Shown here: positions 1 through 11,225 of the stretch, piece after piece
Layout: every line of letters begins with the position of its first letter
How positions within the stretch are numbered: the stretch's first letter is position 1
Assembly: GCF_000281045.1 (NCBI RefSeq)
Contig: NW_008246077.1
Span: forward strand, 90,431 to 110,430
Direction: 5' to 3'
Source of the DNA: Saprolegnia diclina VS20
Lineage: Eukaryota
Length of the DNA: 20,000 nucleotides
The notes under the pieces: generated by a model
Told to the model about the DNA's origin: nothing
The model's input: the letters and a program-made list of their open reading frames with translations, nothing else
The model's database searches: none
Program-made: the position numbers and the translations under genes

Positions 1-3000
1 AGGAGCGTGCAAGCCGCGTCGCCCTACACCGATGCATGCTACGATCTCTGGGCGCTCGAAGAGGCATCTTACCCAGAAAAACAAGGCTGAGTACACGTCG
101 CCGCCGCTTGCACTGCCTTCCATCGCTGCAAGAACACACGACAGAAGGATGCTCAAGAGCACGATGATGCCAAACGCTCGGTGCAGCGTGAGCCAAGCAA
201 TGCGCGCTCGGAACGAACTCGTGGTGGGAAAGCAGCCGAGGGCGTTCCCGTTCATTAGCGCGCGGTGACGCTCTTGGCGCGACTCAGTGGTTCGTTTCGC
301 TCGGCGCTCGTGTGCTGTCTTGGCTCGCTGTATCGACGGGTGCAACGGCTGCAGACCATAGCGCGGGTGCAGCGAAAAAACACTGTCGTCGTTCCCAAAC
401 GGACCTTGGACCGCGGAAACGAGCTCGTGCATGACGGTGCAGACGTCGACTTCGACGTCGGTAAGGCTGAGCCCCTTGGCAGTGTACCGGCCGCGAGAAG
501 CTGCGTGGGGCCGAAGGCGCTCGATTGTCACGAGTCGGCTGCCTATGGCCTCAGCGTCGAGAACGTCGCTTGCGTACCCATGCTTCAACAAGAAATCCAC
601 AACGTCCGAGCCGAGGACGCAGGCAAAATACCACTTGTGCTCTATGCAGATGTCGCGAACGTCCATTTGGAAGAACAAAATGTCGGCGACCTCGTGGAGG
701 CGCATCGTCGTTGGGTCTGCGCAGCGGCTGCCCCGTCGGACGGCTGAAAGGACCGCTTCGGCGTCCATGACGCTGGAACGAGAACTGCCGCTGGCTGAGA
801 GCTCACGAGCAACGACGGGCGACGGTGGCTGCCAGCGCTGCAAAAACCAGGACCAGAGTGCGGTCAGAAAGCCAAACTCGGCGTTGGCCAGCGTCTCAAA
901 GTACGACCGGTGGTGGGCGTTTTCGTCCGAGTCGAAGTTTTGAAGCAGAATCGAGAGAAAGACGTTGAGCGAGATGTAAAAGCCAGCGACGAAGGCCGAT
1001 ATGACAAAGAGGACGCCATTGTATGTGCTCGAGTCCATGCAACTGTAGAGCACGCTGGTCCACTCGTCGCCCGTGAATATCTGAAAGACGGTCAACAGCG
1101 CCTTCCAAAGCGTCTGAAACGACGGCAGCGAGTGGCCAAAGAGGTTCATGCCAATGAGCGCAAAGACGTAGAGCACGAGGCCGAGCAAGATGGCGTAGTA
1201 GCAAAGGCCGCGAAAGCTCGTGAGCATCGTCTCCAAAAGCATGCGGAAGGACAGCAACTGCTTCCCGAGGGCAAAGACGCGCGCGACGCGGACAATGCGG
1301 AAGCCGCGAGCGACGCTATCTGGCATCGAGGCGACGCTTGAGAAGCACAGGTGCAGCATCCTAAGGCATGCGTCACAGATGTGCCCACACGAGTTCAGAA
1401 GTGGTACCCAATGACCGTGACAATGCCGTCGAGGAGATTGTACGTATCAGCGGCGTAGCCAGCGAGACTTAGTCCGTTGATTTTGACGAGCATTTCGAGG
1501 CAAAAGATGCACGCGAGGACGTCAGTCGTTCTACTGAGCGCCAGCATCCACACGACATCATTCGTATCCGACATCGTAGTGTTGTTGATTTGAATAACGC
1601 GGGGGTCGGCGATCAGTGGCGAGACATCGTCGTTCGGGTTGCGCACAAGGAGCACACCCACGTTCACAAATAGTGCCACGTTGATCACCAGCGCGAAGGC
1701 GCGGTGGTGCATCACCGCGAGGGCCACTCTCTTTATCGTACCATCGGCCTTGGACGCAGCCGCCTTCGGCGCGCTTGCGGCGCCTGCGGGCAGGTGCACC
1801 CCTGCACCGTGAAACCCCATGCGCCTCAGTACCCGTTTGAAACCATCGACATTCACCATGCCTACGAAATGCAATGGTCGATATATGCATCAGAAGCGCG
1901 GACCTTGAAGCGTGTCGTCCTCGGCTCGAAAGAGCTCCAGGAGGTTTGTCCCATGCACCTCGCACGCGTGGCACTCGAGGAGCACTTTTTGTTCGAGGAG
2001 CTCCATTTGCCGCGACGGAGCGTCCGCAAAGCGAATGAATTCGGCCAAGTCGACATGGCCGCTGTTGTCCAAGTCCAAGTACGCGTGGAGCGCTACGACT
2101 GTCGCGTAGTCTACAGCAATGCCGATGCGCGCTTCGATTGCCTGCACCGCTCGCATTTGCACGCGTCTCATCGCTGGAATGTCTACCTGAAAGCCGCTCT
2201 GAAGCTCCGCGAGGCTCAAACGACCGTTCTGGTCCTTGTCGAAAAATCGAAAGAGCGAGTGGGTGTGCAAGCCCGCGACCTTGGCGCGCTGGAGGAAGCG
2301 TCGCAGCGTGTTCATCGTCTCGTTGACATGACTGGATCCACACGCTTTCGTTACTCAATGGAGACAACACGCGTGGCGCACCTCGACTGCGAAAAGAACG
2401 TGGCAAACGCCATGTAGTTGACGTGACCGTTCTCATCTTGAAAGCGCGAGAGCAAAAGGTGGAGCTCCATGTGCGACAGCGTCGTTGCCGGCAGCGCCGT
2501 GGGGAAGCGAATGACGTCCATCACCGATGGGGCCCGACGCGTCTGCTTTGCAGCGAGCGATTTCTTTTTGAGTTTGAGCTACGCTCGTGAGTGAGAAATG
2601 CGAATCTCGTATGTGCGCACCTGAGCCGTCACGAGTGCTCGCTGAATGTGCTTGAGTTTGCGGGCGTACGCGTCGTGGATGACAGCGATGACGAGGTTGA
2701 CGACAAAGTAGCTCCCCACCGGAATCAACAGCACAAAATAGAGTGCCGCAATGCCCGACTAGTCGAAAGGTTGTTGAGCGATCGTTCGTACACATTACCG
2801 CAACGCACCTTGGCTTCCACGAGAGCGAAGAGCGTCTGCCCCCAGTTGGAGAACGAGACGACCTCAATCACGGTCAATAGCGCGAGCCCAAAGTGGTCGA
2901 ACGAGGTGTAGCCGTCGTTGAGGTCCTTGTAGAGCGTCGTCGTATTCAAGGCATACACCGAGCACGCTCCATTGCCAGGACACGGACGCGCGCCGCAGCG

Positions 3001-3824
3001 CGGGCCACTGCCGTCCACATACTCGTTGTCGCATTGCTGGTGAAGTGCGCCTCGGAAGAGATTGATGCCTGCGATTGCAAAGATGGCGAGCACAACGAGC
3101 ATGAGGTGACCAACATGCACCAGAAGCTGCATGGCCTCAAAGAGCGACTGGACGAGCGTCTGGAGGCCGCGCGAGAACGTGATCCCGCGAAGCACCTTGA
3201 GAATGCGCAAGAGGCGGAAGAGTCCGAGGTTGGGCACCTGCGACGCACTCTGCGTCGCCAAGAGTATCGTGAGCCAGCCCAGGAGCACGAGGAGCAGGTC
3301 CACAATGTTCCAGCGACTTTGAAGGTACGACTGAGGTCCGTCGAGCACGCCGACCGCGAGCATCTTGACACAGACCTCGAGCGTAAACACCGCGTTGAAG
3401 CCGACGTCGAGCCAGGCAAGCACCTACCAAGACGAAAGCATTGTCGCTATGCGTAGCCACCATAAGAGCGCACCGTGGTGAGGGTCGATGATGACGCGTC
3501 CGCGGTCATCGACGACGACGTGTCGACGCCCAGCACAATCGTGTTGAGTACGATTGCCACGAGAATACAGCGGTGAAAGGCCTCGGAGAAGTAGAGCTCG
3601 ATGCAGAGCCGCCGAAGCCGCGATTTTTTGGACAACCCGGCGACCGTGGCTGGGAGCCGGAGCGCAATGGACGTGTGCTTGGCGCCATCTTCGCTCGTAT
3701 CGCCTTCGCCGTGGTGGTGGGTGAGGGCCGAGATGTTGTCGGTTGTCGCCCTCGCCGGCGCTACGACCGCGACCTTGGGCCGTGCAGTGATCGAAGCCAT
3801 GGCGCCCGCCCGCGACGGTTCCAT
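1..3824 (-). CDS. Voltage-gated cation channel alpha subunit (Cav/Nav-like, at least 3 repeats; multi-exon, 3' part lies outside the window) with EF-hands and a DEP-like domain
   Basis: ATG at 3824. DI: S1 (FHRCILVAIVLNTIVLG), S2-S3 (FTLEVCVKM...WNIVDLLLV), S4 (FRLLRILKVLR), pore (FDHFGLALLTVIEVVSFSNW), S6 (YFVVNLVIAVI). EF-hand loops DKDQNGRLSLAE and DLDNSGHVDLAE. DII: YNLLDGIV, S4 FRIVRVARVF, pore LLTVFQIFTGDEW, S6 LNVFLSILLQNF. DIII S1 begins at ~190 (AFGIIVLLSILLSCVLAAME). Short GT-AG introns include 3424-3473, 2759-2808 and 24-72. The long exon ~73-1361 is missing from the supplied ORF track. Confidence 0.9.
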
Positions 3825-3956
3825 CGTATCTTTTTGTTTGGTCGTTATCGATTATCCCACTCGTTGTATCTTTGACGTTTACCGTGTCCTCCAAGCGAGC
3901 TAAACTCCACTCAAACTCAACGCTGGCATGCCACATATGACGAGTGCTATATTGGT

Positions 3957-5063
3957 TTAAAACACCGTGATGAGCACAAAGCAGCTGTAGACCATGGCCG
4001 TCGGGTATGCGATGAGGAAGCGCTGGTCGTGCATGTGCAGCGCCTTCTCGAAGAAGCGCGTCGCTGTCTGCGTGCTCCACGCAACGCTGAGGAACGCGAG
4101 CGCGAGGCCAATGTAGTTGAGGCTCCTACATATTGAGGCACGTTAGATCGCTCACTCATATGCACTCTGCGACCGACTTGACGGAGACGACAATGTTGAC
4201 GGCTGCAAGCAGGATGATCGGCAGCAAGCAGTAGCCAAGCACGGAGCAGACACGGTAAATATCGATCGTGCGCGTCGGTGACAGGAGGTTCATGATCGCC
4301 CACATAAAGACCCAGCCAAAGACGCCAAAGCCGTAGATGTACCCGAAATGGATCTTCCCGCTCTACCGATCGCATGAGCCACGATCGAACCTGTCTAGGA
4401 GCGACGTACCAGCAGCAAGCACGTGCCAAAGACAAAGCAAAACACGAGCGGGCCCGCGAGGTCCGTGTCGTCGAGGATATGCTCCGTGATCTCTTTGGTC
4501 GGCAACAGCACTGACTGCGTCTTCATCCAGATATGCCCAAAGTTGACGCCAAGCTCTACAGGCAACAAAACAACGATCACGCCGGGGAACACAGAGCGCA
4601 GCTCACAACCTTCAAGGAGCGGTGGCTCGTTCTCGTAGTCTTCGTCGTCGCGGCTGCCATACCGGCCCGAAGGCGGCGGCCCGTCACCCATGCGGCCCAT
4701 CGAGCCAGTCAAGTCGCTCGTCGGCGCGCTATCGCCACCCGTGAACCAAGGGGCATTTCCCCCTTGGTTTTGCGGCGGCGGCTGGTGGTACGTGGGTTGG
4801 TTGTACGCGGGCTGCTGCGGGTAGCCCGGCTGGCTGTAGTCTTGGTTGTACTGCTGGCCGTAGCCACCTTGCTGGCCGTAGCTGCCTTGCTGCTCGTAGC
4901 TGCCTTGGTTGCTGTTGCCGTACTGGGACTGGCTGTTATCGTACTGGGACTGGCTGTTGCCGTAGCCGTACTGAGGCTGGCCAAAGCCAGGTTGCTGCGT
5001 GTGCATCGCGTCGGCGTCTCCGGCGATTCGGAGCCCCCTCTTATCCGGATGTCCGCATACCAT
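3957..5063 (-). CDS. YIP1: Yip1-domain protein (YIPF5/YIPF7/Yip1p-like, ER-Golgi trafficking), multi-exon
   Basis: Spliced translation gives EDYENEPPLLEELGVNFGHI..KT..VL, DDTDLAGPLVFC, SGKIHFGYIYG, SVLGYCLLP and QRFLIAYPTAMVYSCFVLITVF-stop (TAA 3957-3959). These are hallmark Yip1 motifs. The start is either ATG 5063 or ATG ~5006. Confidence 0.93.
4780..4990 (-). repeat. Coding low-complexity Q/Y/G/N/S repeats in the Yip1 N-terminus
   Basis: 21-nt unit (gtactgggactggctgtt.. on +) twice at ~4920-4960 encoding YGNSQSQ/YDNSQSQ, followed by 18-nt QGSYEQ/QGSYGQ/QGGYGQ units. Confidence 0.85.
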
Positions 5064-6836
5064 GCAAGGCTATCCGGACGACTTTTGCGGACGCTGACGT
5101 GGCGTTGCGATGGATTAACGCTCGTCAGCTTGGGCGCAGTTCATAAGGCTGCAGTATGCACTAGGTCTATTCATTGCTACCTCACCTTCGCCACGCACCG
5201 CTGGGGGACGCAGGACGGACTGAACAAACTCTTTCAACCTCTTCAGTGAAGCCACCTCTAAGAGAGCAGGGCAAGTTGATCTTGGCGTCACGAGCACCAA
5301 CATTAGTAGCCCAAGTTCAGAGTCCGACGGTCTGCTGTCGGCCCGATTGCCTTCCTCGCCGCATTGCACGCGGTGCTACACTGTCAGTGGTGCAGTGTCT
5401 CTGCCGCACGCATGCAGGTTCATTGCCCTTGGTTGCAGGGTTAATCACACAAATGCGTGCGGTAGGTTTCCGCGATGCGAGGCGTGTGCTAACGTCCATC
5501 GCAGCAGTCTGCAACGACGTCGTTACGCAGCATTAGGCATAGCCTCGTCGCGCGCGGGACCTCTGCGGCATGCGTGCTCCGCAGGCGCACTCGTGCGCGT
5601 GCCTGGCCCGGCCGCGCTCCTTCCGTGACTACCTCGTAGCTCACTGCATGCGATGGGTCATCGCATTTCGAGCTCTCATCGCCATTGTCAACACCTCGAA
5701 GTCGAGCGACGCCATGCATAGAGCGCTTGCAGCAATTGGCTCTTGCTGACACCGTTGTAGGATCGCGCTCGGTGCGTCATCGTACAAATAGCTTCTCTGT
5801 GACGGCAGATGTCCCAGTGCACAGCGGCGCGACTTGAAGTCCGAGAGCGACCTGCACTCCTCTGGCTACTCGCGTGGACGACACCAGCAATTGTTATAAC
5901 ACAAAGACCATGATGTTAAGACCAAGCTCAGATTCGACTCGATGGAAGAAGCCTCGAAGAAAAAGAAAGTAGACGCCGCGGAAACTCATACCAAGCAGAC
6001 AGTATGGGAATACGAATAAGAAACAGTGCAATAGGTCGGCGTGGGAGGATGCAACTGCGCGGCGCAAGCATCTGTCGGGGTGTATATATATCAACCGTTG
6101 CCGCGACCGGACCACAAGAAGGCGTGAAAGATATGTATGGTGTTATAACAGCCGTTTTGCGTGCAAACGTGCCAGACGCGGGAGGAAACCCGGGACCATA
6201 ACACTTGAAGGTGCCAACTGCATGGGTGATGAAGAGCCTTCACGTCATATCACGTTGAAGAAGCTTCAAACGGTGCTTCTTGCTTTGCGAAGAAGGAGAA
6301 CAAGGCTAGTGAGTTTCTCCCGCGTAGACAGGAGCTCTAACTACATCACAAGCCGAATACGACGTGGTCGCCCGCATTCGTCACCCGTCATCACTTGCGT
6401 ACCGGTACACGACCCAAGTGAAAACCCTTTAAGTCGTTTGAGTAAACAGGCTCGGAAGGACGGCTGTGCGACCAGACGCAAGTCTCTCGAACTTGACGCG
6501 AGAAGCCTCGGTTCTTTGAATTTTGTTTTACGCCGCCATGTCCACGTCGACAATGGGTCTCTTCTTTTGCGGGGGCGAAACATTGGAGCAACCATGACGC
6601 TCCTCTGCTTGCTGCTATTACACGGGGCACTAATACACACGCCGCAGACATACAGAGACCAAGTCATCTCGTGTGTCTCGCGCGTATAAATTTCGGGCTC
6701 CGATTTTCTGGTGCGAAAATCCTGTCGGAATTAATTATGCACCGTCCCACTCTGGCCAGCGTTGAAGTTGGCGCCAGCAGCTTGGGCCGTAACGACGCGC
6801 CAAGGTCCATTTTCATTTTTCCTTTGCCAACGCAAG

Positions 6837-7202
6837 ATGGTCATCTACTACACCAAGCACAACAACACGGTCATGGAGAAGCTCGGCTTCCGCTCCAAGA
6901 CCTTCGCCATGGACGTCAACGCCGCGAAAGGCTCGTTCACGTGCATGAACACCAACACGACGTTCGCGATCGACGCCATCGTGGACGCGCAGTGGACCAA
7001 CGACAAGCACCTGACGCTGCGCGTGCAGCACCACGGCTCCGTCATCAAGCAGCAGCTCATCTTTGAGAACCACGCCGACCTGCACATGTTCCTCTCCGAG
7101 CTCGGCGTCCACGACGCGGCGCAAAAGCGAGTCAGCGACCGAGGCTCCTTTTCCAACGCGACCTTGCCACCGACGCAAAAGCCCTTCCGCCGCAGCATTT
7201 AG
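6837..7202 (+). CDS. Hypothetical 121-aa protein, intronless, possibly PH-like fold
   Basis: ATG 6837 (MVIYYTKHNN...) to TAG 7202. Codons are strongly C/G-ending, the 3' flank is AT-rich and a pyrimidine-rich CATTTT element lies just upstream. Beta-strand-like segments are followed by one amphipathic helix (HADLHMFLSELG). Confidence 0.75.
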   Translation: MVIYYTKHNNTVMEKLGFRSKTFAMDVNAAKGSFTCMNTNTTFAIDAIVDAQWTNDKHLTLRVQHHGSVIKQQLIFENHADLHMFLSELGVHDAAQKRVSDRGSFSNATLPPTQKPFRRSI

Positions 7203-7760
7203 ACACTAATCTACCTCGTATTTATCCTCTCAAATATATATTTCTTGGCGCTAGTCCACGTCAGGCAGCGTTGCATTGACCTTAGCCTTCGGTGCCAATT
7301 CCCTTCAGGGCGAAAACGCAACACGTGCTACGTGATGTCCACGTACCCCTGTTACAAGCGGAGCGTCTACGAGCCGGGGGAATCTTGAGGACTTGCGCGT
7401 GGTCAAGCGTACGTACTACGTGTCGTGCCGAGAGTTGCTCCAACTCAAGTGGCGTCCGCCTCGATCCGCCAGCATCCCTTTTTGGATCAGAGGTATCGGT
7501 TTGGTCGATGAGAAGGATGCATCTGACTCCTTGATGGAGCATGGAGCAAGACGCAAAGCCATGCGCGTTCTGTCTGTCGTGGGACGTCACGGGATACCTA
7601 CACCGAGCGTGTTTCGTGTAATATCACACTCGACGTATCGATCGCACACATACACCATACAGGCGCAGGAGCTGCCAATGCCTGCGCATCTATTAGTGGG
7701 TATGGCGCGTCGGCGTTGCGTGCCGCGACACCGAATATCAAGGTACCGGATAGATATCCA

Positions 7761-7791
7761 TATCTAGCCCACGCTATCTAGCCCACGCTAT
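7761..7791. repeat. 14-bp perfect tandem duplication (tatctagcccacgc x2)
   Basis: 7761-7774 and 7775-7788 are identical and followed by a partial 'tat'. The first copy overlaps a 7-bp inverted repeat, tagatat-cc-atatcta (7751-7766). Confidence 0.9.
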
Positions 7792-7964
7792 GCTCGACCC
7801 GTGCCACGCCGCGGCGTCGACGGATCAGAGCACGCGACAGCCCCGCAAGACACTGAAATTCATGAAGTGCAATTTTCGCGATCTTTGGCCTCGAGACCCA
7901 GCCAATCACTGCATCGCACATGGATTTTACGTGGTCATGATTGGTGGCCGAGATTGCGATTGGC

Positions 7965-8448
7965 ATGCTGCGCTGCTTTGTGGTCGCGGCGATGGGCGTG
8001 ACGACGTCGGCGTCGATGGCCGACCGCTTCTATGGCTTCCGTTACGAGGTACTCTGTCGGATACGAAGGGGCGTGACCCCTTATTGAGCCCAGATTCCCG
8101 GCAGCGGCGAGGATACGATTGCGCTTGTCACGGCTCAGGCACAGCAGCACGCGTGCTTTGGCTGGGTGCAGCCAACGCCACAGGTATGACGCGTACACGA
8201 CTTGTGCCTCGCTGAATGGAAAGGCGTAGGCCGCGGTCGTGGGCGAAGTGCGGTGCAGTGCAACCCATGGCCCACGCGTGCACGCCTGGATGGAGGCGAC
8301 GTGGCACGACGTGCGCGTCCGCGTCTATCCCTCGACAAAGATCCGCTTCCACTTCAGCTACTTCCGCCGGCTCGAGACGACGCGCGATACGTGCTTTGTG
8401 TCGCCGCCCCACGCATGCACTGCCGACCCTCGTCATGACGAGCTGTAG
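7965..8448 (+). CDS. Acylphosphatase-like protein with putative signal peptide and C-terminal HDEL (130 aa, 3 exons)
   Basis: Exons 7965-8048, 8094-8183 and 8230-8448 with GT-AG introns of 45 and 46 nt. Product: MLRCFVVAAMGVTTSASMADRFYGFRYEIPGSGEDTIALVTAQAQQHACFGWVQPTPQAAVVGEVRCS...HDEL*. The A-x4-GWVQ-x6-V-GE pattern resembles acylphosphatase A..LGL.GWV.N...G.V.G. Confidence 0.75.
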
Positions 8449-8503
8449 TATATACTTTATGACAAGACGTAAAACACCAAAGACTACGATATCTAGCCTG
8501 TCT

Positions 8504-11094
<2,591 letters not shown>

Positions 11095-11225
11095 GGCAGC
11101 GATGTAAAAATACCCCCGGCAGTTGCGTCCAAAAAGTATCTTTCTCGCAACATGATTGGTGGAAATGTTGAGGCCAAGTGGCGCATCACCTGCGCGCTGT
11201 ATGGTGTGGAAATGTATTTTAACCA
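11095..11225. promoter_or_regulatory. Putative compact bidirectional promoter between kinesin-13 and the DRTGG protein
   Basis: Only 131 bp separate the divergent predicted start codons. The region is AT-richer and holds a CCAAT-type TGATTGGT (11153-11160) plus two ACATTTCCAC elements on the minus strand (~11159-11168 and ~11206-11215) resembling the oomycete initiator. Confidence 0.5.

Noticed and set aside
32..3903. Numerous + strand ORFs over the channel gene (e.g. 265-747, 910-1341, 1704-2417, 2893-3456)
   Set aside because: They are antisense shadows of a GC-rich minus-strand coding region with clear channel motifs and show no protein features of their own.
6340..6380. TTSQAEYDVV resembling the Copia RNase H 'STTEAEY' motif
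   Set aside because: The match is too short, the surrounding frames have stops and no other RT/RNase H motifs, and no LTRs are visible.
7260..7770. ORFs 7292-7534, 7393-7767 and 7282-7590
   Set aside because: No recognisable motifs, weak codon bias and no convincing splice model. Treated as intergenic.
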